From positions 9,548,001-9,612,000 of the forward strand of contig OZ024758.1 of NCBI GenBank assembly GCA_964016885.1: a DNA stretch of 64,000 bases, in the 5' to 3' direction. The first letter of the stretch is position 1. Every line of letters begins with the position of its first letter. The stretch comes from Eledone cirrhosa. Its lineage: Eukaryota. Below the pieces are notes generated by a model, which ran no database searches, had not been told where the DNA came from, and saw nothing but the letters and a program-made list of their open reading frames with translations. Below are positions 39,878 through 52,560 of this stretch, one piece after another. The position numbers and the translations under genes are program-made.

Positions 39878-40290
39878 GATGGTGCTAATAATAGTTTCTA
39901 ATATAGGTACAAGGACAGCAATTACCCAGTGCATTACTGGTACTCTATTTTATCGACCCCGTAAGTATGAAAGGCAAAGTCAACCTCGGCGGGATTTGAA
40001 CTCAGATCGTAAAGGGAAAGCATGGTGTCTGACCCTCTACCGATACTATCAATCCACCGCCGATGGTGCTAATAATAGTTTCTAATATAGGTACAAGGCC
40101 AACAACTTTTTATTTTTTAAGGGGTTTGATTAAATTGACCCCAGTGCGTTACTGATGATTTATTTTATCGACCTCGTAAGGATGAAAAGCAAAGTTAACT
40201 ACAGTGGGGCTTGAACTCGGAATGTAAAGAGACAACTATATGCCACAAAGCATGTTGTCTGATGCTCTACCCATACTGCCAATATGTTAA
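39878..40290 (-). mobile_element. Young SINE A joined to an old SINE A with an about 37-bp duplication
   Basis: GATGGTGCTAATAATAGTTTCTAATATAGGTACAAGG occurs at about 39878 and 40062. Confidence 0.75.
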
Positions 40291-40825
40291 TGATAAAAAT
40301 AATAAGGATTCCTAACAGGCACAAATTCTTACTGTTTAATCAGGGATGGAATGACTGTGCTTATGATTGTATTCATGACCCCCAAGAATGGGTAAGGGGT
40401 AGGAGTTAACTTCAAAGCCTTGTCTCAACACTTGCAGCACTGTGGGTTCTGCTAAAGTCTCCCTCGGGTCAGATGGTAGGGCATTGGATGTGAATCCAGA
40501 ACATAAAGATATAAAGAGCTGAAAAAAGATGTGTTGATACATCTTCTTCAACTCTCTAAACAATTCTGTTAATCCACTGCCCTTGATTTAGTTCTTTATC
40601 ATAACTCCTAAAAGGATAAAAGGTAAAGTTGCCCCCAACAGAATTTGAACTCAGAGCCCGGAGAAGCAGATCAAATGCAGAATTTAGTTATGTTCTCTGC
40701 TCTAATGATTGCCAATTCACTGCCGATTGGGAGGGAATCAATAGTTGCAAGGCGAATTGTTCCACTGGGGATCAAAGCCATGTTATACATTTAGTTTGTT
40801 GGGTATTTACCAGCATTCTAAACTA

Positions 40826-41020
40826 CGTGTGTGTGTGTGTATGTATACAAATACACACACACACCCAGGAAACTATACATACACACATACATATATACAC
40901 ACATACTCTGGTGCTCATACACACAAGTTCACATACACACAGGCACATACATAAATATATATTCACACAGGCGCATAAATATATAAACATATTCACACAG
41001 GCACACACATGCACACACAT

Positions 41021-41097
<77 letters not shown>

Positions 41098-41301
41098 GGT
41101 ACACATGTATACAAAGACATACATATGTGCACACAAACATACACACATATATACACACAGGCACACACATGCATACTTAAGACACACAAACATACAGGCA
41201 TACCTGAACACTCATTCAGATACACATACACACACAGATACATGCATATACACATGTACATACATATACACACGTACATACATACACACACACACACACA
41301 C
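40826..41301. repeat. (CA)n-rich microsatellite
   Basis: Directly visible. Confidence 0.95.
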
Positions 41302-41861
41302 AAAAAAAGCAATGGATTTACTTGTGAATTAAAAGAGTTTAGTATACAACAATAGACATGTTTCACCACTGATTTATTGAAAAGGTGGTCAGTACATGTA
41401 CAGACTTGCAGCAGGTAATTAGAAATATTTTGAAGGTAGTGTTCCAGCATGGCCTTCACCATTATAACCAAAACAAACTAAAGAACTACATGATGTTGAT
41501 TAATTTATTTTTTATTTTTGAAGTTTTAGTCAAAGAGGGAAAGGCAGGGGGCCCATGTCCTGTTAACTCATAATGTTCTGAACCATATGAAACCACATTA
41601 GCAAGCCAATCTTTAAAAGAGTAAAATACAGAAAACAAATCAATACTGTGACTGCATCACATTAAAAATCAAAATCTTTACTCTAATATTACACATTTTT
41701 ACACCAATCTATCAAATGGTAAAGATAATATGTCTAGGTAATAATTATTGCCCCTTTATGTGTACAACATATTCCATTGGTGGGCCACTTTTGCACATTG
41801 GAACAACTATTAGCACCATTAATATTCCAAAGATTCGCCACAACTTCTTTCCATAACATGG

Positions 41862-42085
41862 AACTGGGAAATTATAACACACATAACCCTATCAGTGAAG
41901 CCCTTTAGTATAGGTCAACTGGGAAATTATAATACACATAACCCTATCAGTGAAGCCCTTTAGTATAGGTCAACTGGGAAATTATAACACACATAACCCT
42001 ATCAGTGAAGCCCTTTAGTATAGGTCAACTGGGAAATTATAACACACATAACCCTATCAGTGAAGCCCTTTAGTATAAGCCAACA
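41862..42085. repeat. 55-bp tandem repeat x4
   Basis: Unit starts at 41862, 41917, 41972, 42027; lies upstream of a hAT-like end GGCCTGCGGGCC...CCTG near 42220. Confidence 0.9.
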
Positions 42086-43451
42086 GAAAATTGTATTACG
42101 GTTATGAAAAGAATTCTAAATATGCCTACAAGGTAAAATTTAAAAATGGTCATCTCGGGCCACTCTGACTGGTCTGGCAGGCTGGATTGTGGCCTGCGGG
42201 CCATCTGCTGCATGCTCCTGGTTTATACTAACTAAAGCCATAAAAAATAGATATTATTTGGAATTCCTTATTATTGTGAATGTACTTTTTCTTTTAGCAA
42301 AATAGTTTTTATCCTTTCCTCTTGATCTGAGGCTCTGTGTTGAAACTAAAACAATTGCTGCGCAGAACTCTGTCAGGGTCTAGGACACAGTGTAGTTAAC
42401 AGTTTGTGTGTGTATTTAAATGGGTTAAATGACTCATCCAGACAGTAATGCTTTCATTTTTCTTCTATAACCCAAGAAAAGCACCCTGTCCATCATGTAA
42501 GGTGATCATGGTGGTGACATGAGAAAAAGCACCCAGTTTACACTATGTAGTGATCATGCTGGTGACATGACAAAAAAGTGTTCAGTCCACCCTGTAAGGT
42601 GGTCATGTTGGTGACACAACAAAAAGCACCCAGTCCACACTGTAAAGTGGCCATGATAAAAAGAACCTTGTCTACACTGTAATGTGGTTGCTGTTAGGAA
42701 GGGCATCCAGCCATAGAAACCAAACCAAAATACAGAAGATCCATGTGAGCATCATGTGGTCTCTGGAGCTGACTTGTCTGATAATGTGACAACCTGTCAA
42801 ACTCATGCATGCATGGAAATTGGATGTAAACGATGATGATGATGGTGGTGGTGACAAAGATGGCGATGTTGATAATGATGATTCCTCATACTTTAATGCC
42901 AATGTTGTAAAAGTTCCAGTACATTCCTTTTAGTTTACTTTCCAAAACTATAAGAAACAGTAAGGCAGTAGTTACTTCAGTACAGACTAACTAACATTTA
43001 AAAGAACTCCTTCGCTTCCTGTTACATAACACTTGAACTTTTAATTTCTCTCTTCTTTACATAATGCCAATTAAGGTCAAAAGTCATCCTTTTCTCAGTG
43101 AGATAGGAATCTTTTAAGAGGAGAGAAAAAGGATGATGTAAATCTAGAGAAGGAAGGTATGTTCTACATAGTAGTTAGTTCTTGCATTTTTTCTGCAGAT
43201 CTGTCAGAGGAAAATCTGCAAGACATTCACGGCATGTAGAGTTGACTATATACGGAAGTAAATGTTACTCTTTAACTAATTTTAGATTTACTGAATAGTT
43301 TAGAGAATTTTTGTTGATTGAAATGATAAGTTGATTTTGGCTGCCAACCAACCAGCCAGCCAACCAACCAACCAACCAACCAACCAACCAACCAACCAAC
43401 CAACCAACCAACCAACCAACCAACCAACCAACCAGCCACCAACCACCCACC

Positions 43452-43860
43452 CAGGCCATGCTTTATGATCTCTTTGAGAGCAGCATGGCATGGAAGGTAG
43501 CCAGCTGTATAATGGCATGACAGTAGATGGACACTGAAAGGATCTACAGTGAAACTGCAGTGGCATTTGTGAGGCCCACAGATCCAGAGGCTGAGCCACA
43601 GGGAAAAACGGATGCCCAAGCAGTTGCTGTCCAGTTTATTGCCAGTTGCAAGTGATGGAACTGTGTTGAGCCAGGCACAACTGTGGAGTTAGGAGGTCAA
43701 GCAAAAAACATGTCAGATGGTGCTGGTTGAGCTGTTGCAGGAGGTCAAGCAAAAAACATGTCAGATGGTGCTGGTTGAGCTGTTGCACCGGCCTGCCTGA
43801 GGTCATGTTGCACTGGATGGCATCCAATTTATTTTTTGAGGGACTGGACATCTATGGAGG
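43452..43860 (-). pseudogene. CRE-clade retrotransposon zinc-knuckle region relic, abutting (CCAA)n
   Basis: AWLNTVPSLATGNKLD...[23 protein letters not shown]...[12 protein letters not shown] resembles the CRE motif GAWLxxxP...CxCGxxVDxxGxHxLSC...RHxxLNxIIxRxL. Confidence 0.7.
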
Positions 43861-44019
43861 TGAGTGGGAGATGGAGGTTCATAGGGAGAAGGCTGAGCTG
43901 GTTTCGTGTTTAGAGATCTATCTCCCACATCATATGACATCACACAACGCTATACCACCCACCTTTTAAATTTCCTTTGGCTTTAGTTTCTAAAATGGTT
44001 ACATTGACATTTCCATCAG

Positions 44020-44061
<42 letters not shown>

Positions 44062-44106
44062 TTCCTACTTTCTCTCTGTGTGTGTGTGCATATGTTATTA
44101 GAGAAT

Positions 44107-44153
<47 letters not shown>

Positions 44154-44204
44154 TACATTCACAGAAAAAAAGCATCTATTAAATTATGATGATATATATA
44201 TGTA

Positions 44205-44244
<40 letters not shown>

Positions 44245-44407
44245 ATCTGAGTTTTTCGAATACTAATAATAATATTTGATTCGTCATCATTTTATATATA
44301 AAATTATTATTTAACATCCATTTCTTCTACTAGTACTATATATATATATATATATATAAAATAAAGTTAAATAAAAGTCAAATGATTAAAATTTAGCTTC
44401 GTTTATT

Positions 44408-44462
44408 ACTGCTATATATATTTCAGTGACAGCCATCTTTGGCTGTGACCTCTTCAGGCAGT
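44408..44462 (-). ncRNA. Minimal type I hammerhead ribozyme
   Basis: Reverse complement of the 44599-44653 motif. Confidence 0.8.
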
Positions 44463-44598
44463 TTGAATTAGTGTGGTATAGACAAGTACATATGTTGTTT
44501 AGGTGTATAATATTGTCAATACTCTGATATGCCCAGTTCCTTGTTGGGTTGTTAATTCACTGAGGAACTGGAGTCATATCTATACCATACTAATTCAA

Positions 44599-44653
44599 AC
44601 TGCCTGAAGAGGTCACAGCCAAAGATGGCTGTCACTGAAATATATATAGCAGT
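44599..44653 (+). ncRNA. Minimal type I hammerhead ribozyme
   Basis: ACUGC-CUGAAGA-GGUcACAGCCA aaga UGGCUGUcACU-GAAA-UAUAUA-UA-GCAGU, followed by AATAAA. Confidence 0.8.
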
Positions 44654-44799
44654 AATAAACGAAGCTAAATTTTAATCATTTGACTTTTATTTAACTTTAT
44701 TTTACATTACTCCGGAGTAACCAAACCAACCTACGCACTTCGTCGAGAGCTCCAGCCTGCATACTGAGTTGTTGGTATACAACCAACATAAACTCAAAA

Positions 44800-44829
<30 letters not shown>

Positions 44830-44833
<4 letters not shown>

Positions 44834-44990
44834 AAAATAGTCAGGACCCTGATGGTTGAGCTCCGGCCGTTTTGACAGCTAGATCCGGAGCTCCACTGTC
44901 GGGATCCTGACTCTCTTCCTATTACTCTACTACCCTAAGTATCGAGTACTCTGGTGCATTATGGTCCACCTGGTATCTTACCACATCTTT
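44830..44990. mobile_element. Hairpin element D, diverged copy
   Basis: TAGGAA...TTCCTA arms and the conserved tail CCCTAAGTATCGAGTACTCTGGTGCATTATGGTCCACCTGG. Confidence 0.7.
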
Positions 44991-44998
44991 TATATATA

Positions 44999-45036
<38 letters not shown>

Positions 45037-45259
45037 GTAATAATAATAAATTTGAAGACTAAAATCCAGAGAGGGCTCGATAAGGATAAATATATATCAA
45101 ATATATAAGAACCGGAGAGCAAATATTTATTAAAATAACAGATTAAAGTTTAAGCAATGAATTGCTGCTTTCACCCTTAAAAAACACTTGTGACTAGTGA
45201 AGTTTTAAATCAACTTCACTATTCACAAGTGTTTTTTAAGCTTCATATCATGTATCCCC

Positions 45260-45328
45260 ATTTTATCTGATGAAAACGCAGATATCATCCCATGATGATA
45301 TTTGTTTTTGAAATTCGCATAATAAAAT
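45260..45328 (+). ncRNA. Minimal type I hammerhead ribozyme
   Basis: AUUUUAU-CUGAUGA-AAAcGCAGAUAUCAUC ccau GAUGAUAUUUGUuUUU-GAAA-UUCGCA-UA-AUAAAAU. Confidence 0.7.
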
Positions 45329-45465
45329 ACTTGGAACTGTTTTAACCATCTTTTGATCTTATATTATTTATACTCCAGTCCTACAAACTGTAGAGTGCTA
45401 CTTATCCGATATTTGCATTGCTTTATTGTGCTACAATACATATATATACATATATATATATATTA

Positions 45466-45683
45466 AGGAACGATCGACTTTCGTCAAATCCGACCGAGGG
45501 AACAATGTTTCCGTTGGTCTTTCCACTTGCTAATACTATCTATCGGTCGCAACTCCAGGTAGAAGGAGCAACGTGAAATAAAGTGTCTTGCTCAAGGACG
45601 TAACGCATCGCCTGGTCCAGGAATCGAACTCACAACCTTACGATTGCCAATCCAATTCTCTAACCACTCAGCCACACACCTTC
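45466..45683 (-). mobile_element. tRNA-derived SINE (B-type head, distinct tail)
   Basis: GGAATCGAACTC B box in reverse, GAAATAAAGTGTCTTGCTCAAG central domain. Confidence 0.7.
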
Positions 45684-46100
45684 ACACGCCTTCACACACA
45701 CACACACACACAGACACAGACACAGACACAGACACAAACACAGACACAGACACAGACACAGACACACACACACACACACACTATGAAACTCACTGATGTT
45801 ATTTCAGTGACCTCTGGCCGTGACCTTCTCACTGAATGAGACAAGCTTGCAGTTGTGAAACTGCATCTCAATGTTCAGAGTGCACACACAATAGTTATAT
45901 AGTGAGTGGAGTGGCAGTGTTTCAGTAAAGATCCTGTATCTAACTCCTATATATATAATCACTGTTTAATGTCTATTTGCCATTGGCTGTCACATACTGA
46001 AGCCTGACCTCTCGGGTGACTTGATCTTACTCATACACTTCATTATTGGCTTGGTGTCGTAATGTCAACTATTTGACACCATGTACTGGTAGTATTTTAT

Positions 46101-47024
46101 CATGGTACTACCACCTTATAGTGTGGACATTTATATTGTATGTACATGTGGTACTACCACATGATAGTGTGGACATTTATATTGTTGGTACATGTGGTAC
46201 TACCACATGATAGTGTGGACATTTATATTGTATGTACATGTGGTACTACCACTTGATAGTGTGGACATTTATATTGTATGTACATGTGGTACTACCACTT
46301 GATAGTGTAGACATTTATATTGTATGTACATGTGGTACTACCACTTGATAGTGTAGACATTTATATTGTATGTACATGTGGTACTACCACCTTATAGTGT
46401 GGACATTTATATTGTATGTACATGTGGTACTACCACATGATAGTGTGTACATTTATATTGTAGGTACATGTGGTACTACCACTTGATAGTGTGGACATTT
46501 ATATTGTATGTACATGTGGTACTACCACATGATAGTGTGGACATTTATATTGTATGTACATGTGGTACTACCACCTTATAGTGTGGACATTTATATTGTA
46601 TGTACATGTGGTACTACCACATGATAGTGTGGACATTTATATTGTAGGTACATGTGGTACTACCACCTTATAGTGTGGACATTTACATTGTATGTACATG
46701 TGGTACTACCACATGATAGTGTGGACATTTATATTGTATGTACATGTGGTACTACCACTTGATAGTGTGGACATTTATATTGTATGTACATGTGGTACTA
46801 CCACTTGATAGTGTGGACATTTATATTGTAGGTACATGTGGTACTACCACATGATAGTGTGGACATTTATATTGTATGTACATGTGGTACTACCACCTTA
46901 TAGTGTGGACATTTATATTGTATGTACATGTGGTACTACCACCTTATAGTGTGGACATTTATATTGTATGTACATGTAGTACTACCATATGATAGTGTGG
47001 ACATTTATATTGTATGTGTACATG
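46101..47024. repeat. 46-bp minisatellite, about 20 copies
   Basis: Unit CATGTGGTACTACCACATGATAGTGTGGACATTTATATTGTATGTA. Confidence 0.95.
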
Positions 47025-48528
47025 CCCCCCCCCCCCCCCCAATATGAAAACTGTTCTGTAGTCCTTGTTGAACATAAATATTATTGGTTGGGACACATGA
47101 AATCCCAGTCTGTGATACAATAGTTTCAGAGATGTCCAAGGTATTATAAACATGTTATAATGATTAATATTCCAATTACTATTTTGTTTAGAAAACTTTA
47201 CATGGCCTCAACACTTTCTTAACTGTCCTACAGTGGAAATTACCATTACCATGTGTTATTGCTAGCAACATTATCACATTACATTCCCCTTCAGTTCTAC
47301 ACTACCCCAATCCACTACCCCCCCCCACTAAAAGCAACAAACCGCAACGAGACAAACAACAATAAATCAAACCAATAGTAATAGCACATACCAAGATCTA
47401 TTGATTTCTCTAGTCTATTATCTATACAAGTACAATTTAATTGTTCTGTGGTAAGTGACCATTCTATAAATACTACAGTCATTTTCATTGATTTCACTAT
47501 GAGTGTATCTTAAACCATCTCTCCACATCATTCCCTCTTCTCTCAATCAAATTTGCCAACAAATCTTTTTATAATTTTATTTACTTATTTAATTTTGGAT
47601 TATTTTCTTTATTAACCCTTTCATTACCATATTTCTAATGTAATACTATTTCAATTAATTAATGAATAACTTTGAGGGATTTATTAAAATTATTAATTAT
47701 TTCATTACTAAGTAACAAAATGTAAGGTTCTTTTATAAAATTATGTTGGAAGATAATAATTTAAATTGGAAACCTTTAAAATGGGTGGTTTTATTTCATG
47801 AAACCAGAACCGGTTTTGGCCAGATTGGTAACTAAAGGATTAAGTGGATAGTAGTTTGGCAAAACCATTAAGAATTCTGGACAAATGCTTTGCAGTATTT
47901 GTTCCAGCTCTTTTTGAGTTCAACTTTGCCTATTGGCAGTATCAGTAGAGAGTCAGACATGCTTTGCAGCATATAGTTACGTCCCTTTACATTCTGAGTT
48001 CAAATCCCACCAATGTTAGCTTTGCTTTTCATCCTTACAGGGTCGATAAAATAAAGTACCAGTAATGCACTGGGGTTGATTTAATTGACTTTTCCCTCCT
48101 CCCCAAAATGTTTGTTGTTGTTCCTTGTGTCTAAATCAGAAAACCATGTTTCTAAGGTGAAGAGAATAAAGTACCAGTCAAGTACTAGGGCCAATATAAT
48201 TGACTCAACCCTTCCTCAAAAAGAATTGCTGGCCTTGTGCCATAACTCCTGAAGGAGTCGTGGGGTTGCTGTATTGACATACTGTATTTCTAGGGTATTT
48301 AAAAACCCGGCAGAGCCCATCTCTCTCTCTAGGTCTGAATGTAGCAGATTTCTTCCAGAGAAGGATAGAGAGAGTAAGAATGGAAGTGAGAGGGAAGAGA
48401 TATAGAGGAAGAATCAACCCCAGTACTAGACTGGTACTTAATTATCGACCTGGAATGGATGAAAGACCCCAGTGGGATTTGAACTCAGAGAACTGAAACG
48501 AATACCAAAAAGCATTCTATTCGACATT

Positions 48529-48870
48529 GGAAGCACATGGCTTAGTGGTTAGAGCATTGGCCTTGCAACCGAAAGGTTGTGAGTTCAATTCTCAGACCGG
48601 GTGATGTGTTGTTTCCTTGAGCAAGACACTTTATTTCACATTGCTCCAGTTTACTCAGCTGTAGAAATGAGATGATAGGGACTGGGGTCCCTATCATTCC
48701 ACTGTAAAGTGGTCGTGTAGGTGCCACGGCAAAAAAGCACCCAGCACTCACTGTAAATGAGGCTGGTGTTAGGAAGGGCATCCAGCTGTAGAAATCAAGC
48801 CAGAATCAGTTCCCGTCCCACCCTTGCAAGCAGGGAAAAAGCGGACGTAAAAATGAAATGAATGAAATGA
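48529..48870 (+). mobile_element. SINE family B inserted into the head of a SINE E
   Basis: Full B copy; the host SINE resumes with CTAACAACTCTGCC. Confidence 0.85.
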
Positions 48871-49267
48871 TTCTAACAACTCTGCCATTTCACTGCCTAT
48901 TTTAGATAGTTTTAAACATACAAGGGTCTACAAGTTTCCTAACATGGGAGGTTAGGTCTTTTAATGGAAACTAGGAAGTGGAAAGTATAATATATATCCA
49001 TTACATAATGACAAAAGCTGTCAATTTTCTGTGTTGCTCTGTGTGGTTACCAGATGACAAAAAAACCACAAGTGGGGAAACACTGTGACACTCTTACATG
49101 TCAATCATAAAAAAGTGGTTTAACTGCACGACCAGGTGTCCAGCCCGACTTTTTCTATGTCCTCGCGCATATACATACCCATGCACCCATGTATATACAC
49201 ATATACATACATATTCCGACAAAGGGCGGAAGAACTCATAAGAGTCAACGCCCATCCACATATATAC

Positions 49268-49328
<61 letters not shown>

Positions 49329-51789
49329 CATATTAATACATATATACATACATAGACATATATGTAAATACATATATACATATGTATAAATATATATATA
49401 TATATATATATACATATATATACATACATCTAAATACATATATACATATGTATAAATATATATATACATATATATACATACATGTAAGTACATATATACA
49501 TATGTATAAATATATATATACATACATATACATACATGTAAATATAAATGTATAAATACATATATATGCATACACACAAATATATCATCATCATCATCAT
49601 CACCGTTTTACGTCCGTTCTTCCACGCTAGCATATACACAAATATATATATAATATATATCTATCTATATATGTACACACACACACACGTATATATATAC
49701 ATATATATATATGTACACACACACACGCACACCTAGATATAGTGTAAATGCAAAGCGGCTATCTTCTGGAGCTACTATCAGGAATCAATTAACTAAACCC
49801 AGATGAAATATGGTATGTTAAGATGAAAGTCGACTGAACACTTAAGAAATGATAATAGCTGAGCATCATTGCAACTGATGAAAGTGTAGAAATCTCCTAA
49901 ATATAATATATGACAGACCTGGAACATATCTAACTATGACAGCTATTCCGTTACGTATGTAAAAGACATTTTCCTTATTCTAAAATCAATTTCAATATCC
50001 ATCCTCAAGCCTTCTATATGTTTTTATATATTTACTATTTTACAAACATGTTTTAATATGTCAGCATGTAATTTTATATGTTTCAGTATTGTTACTGAAA
50101 TTGCTTTTTTAGCTGAAGGCATATTCTATCATTTTCCATTCTGCTCAGGGCTGGTGAATTGGCAGAAGTATTACACTATCAGACTATCCTTGTGGTATTT
50201 ATTTTGGTACTTTCCATCTTGAGGTCAATTTTGCTTTTCCATATGTCCTGCGATGATAAATAATCTACCATTCTATGGTACTTGGCTGGCAGAATCGTTA
50301 GAGATTCAGAAAAGATGGCTTGCTGAATTTCTTTTGGCTCTTTGCATTCTGAGTTCAAATCCAGCTGTGGTTCACTTCGGTGATACGCACTTTATTTAGC
50401 ACCCAGTTTAAAACTGCCACCATGCCCCTTGAGTTTATTGAACACACTCCAATCTATTGCAAGCATTTAGGTCAAGTCTTTGGTTTGCTGATAGCAGCCT
50501 TACTCCCTCTCACCCCTTACATAGGACCAGTGTGTTGAGGTATTGAAATATTTTCTGATAGACGACCTTGTCTGAAAGCTTGCACCATAGTGGATTCTGG
50601 TAAATGTAACTAAGAACCAGATTGTGGTGATATTAAAGCAATCTAAAGTCTGTCTCAATCCCGGAGGCTCAACTGCTGGTACTCATTTTCAGCTGAGTAT
50701 ACTGGAGCAACATGAAATGAAGTGTTTTTCTCAAAAACACAACACACAACCCAGTCCTGGAATCAAACCCATAACATTATGATTGTAAGTTCAACACCCT
50801 TACTACTAGGTCACATGCCTCCACACTATTAAAACAGGCAACTGATTATTTCTATAACACAAGTAGATATAACAATAGACTATTAAATCTTAAGCTTTCA
50901 CTTCAAATCCACTCCGATGCGCTTGAAAGAATCATTAGGTATGTTGTCAGTGAAAGGGCATGACCAAAAAAATAAACTTAAAGTTTTTTTGGGTCAGATA
51001 TTCCTTGGCTTATATTTTAGTATATATGGTAGTTCCCATGAATGGTCATCCTACTGGGGAAGGGGTAGTGCAATTTGAAGTTAGAACGCACCGAGTCGGA
51101 ACAGTTCCAGCTTTTTAAATGGTTCTGGTTATCCACTGCCTCTTGATTTGGTTTTATTTTTAATTTTATCAACCTCAGAAGGATGAAAGGCAAAGTTCAT
51201 CTAACAGGATTTGAACTCAGAATGCTAAGATTTGGAGGTATTTAATCTGTTGCTCTAATGACTCTGCCTATATGTCATTTATGAAACCGTGTATGCATGG
51301 TCCTGTAACTTCTAAAGGAGTCATAGAGGTGCTGTATTAACATACAGCATTTCTAGGGGCATTTAAAAACCTGGCGGAGCCCAATCCTTTCCAGGTCTGA
51401 GGACAGCAAATTTCTTCCAGAGAAGGATAGAGAGAGAGTGACAAAGAGATATAGAGATATAGAGGAAGAATTGACCCCAGTACTTGACTGGTACTTTTTG
51501 TTTTTTATCGACTTTGAATGGATGAAAGGTAAAGTTCACCTCGGTGGGATTTGAACTCGGAGAGGAGAGAGTTGAAACAAATACTGTAAAGCATTATATC
51601 TGACCTTCTAACAACTCTGCCAATTTGTTGCCTATGAAACTATGCACCACCAACCTCAACGAAATGAACGACATGCATGGCGGTTCCTTGGAATGGAATA
51701 CCTTTCATTATTATCAATATCAAAAAGTACTCTTAAATCATCTTAAAAATACAGTCTTTTTATATATCTCACCTTCTCTCTCTCTCACT

Positions 51790-51821
<32 letters not shown>

Positions 51822-51981
51822 ACACACACTCTCTCCTCTCTCTCTCTTTCTCAGCTATGACGAGGATAAACAATATTAACTTGTAAAGACATCACTGTAG
51901 TAATAGGTTGTGCTCTATTTCATTCTTTTAAAATAATATTCAATAAAAAGCTATGATCAAAAGGTTTATCAAATGGGTGCG

Positions 51982-52074
<93 letters not shown>

Positions 52075-52494
52075 ACTCACATACACATACATATACACAC
52101 CCACACACACCCACACAAATACACACACACACATACACCACATACACACACACCACATACACACACAAAAATATACTCACCACACACACAAATATACTCA
52201 CCACACACACACACTGACACAACCACACACACTGACACACAACCACACACACACATATATATATATACACACACACACTCACACATGGCTATTGATGTCA
52301 TATATTGTTCATTTCCATGACTCTGAGTTTGAAGTACAGTGGACTGTATGATTGTGTTAAATATTATAGCCTCACTGGTAATGTGATGTATGTGTGTATG
52401 ACACCCAGCTCTCTCCTTCCCTCCCCCTCTCTCTCCTTCCCTCCCCCTCTTTCTCTCCCTCTCTCACTCCCTATCTCTCTCTATATATATGTGA

Positions 52495-52558
<64 letters not shown>

Positions 52559-52560
<2 letters not shown>

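Larger units (their letters stand above)
44357..44802. mobile_element. Non-autonomous Penelope-like/retrozyme-like unit with inverted arms
   Basis: Arms about 44357-44482 and 44579-44703 are reverse complements, each with a hammerhead; (TA)n on both sides. Confidence 0.7.

Noticed and set aside
41862-42085. CCCTATCAGTGA, matching part of the tet operator
   Set aside because: Only 12 bp match, the second half-site is absent and there is no vector context; coincidental.
46101-47024. CRISPR-like look of the palindromic repeat arrays (also 21353-21919, 31260-31860)
   Set aside because: Head-to-tail repeats with no unique spacers, no cas genes, and a eukaryotic context.
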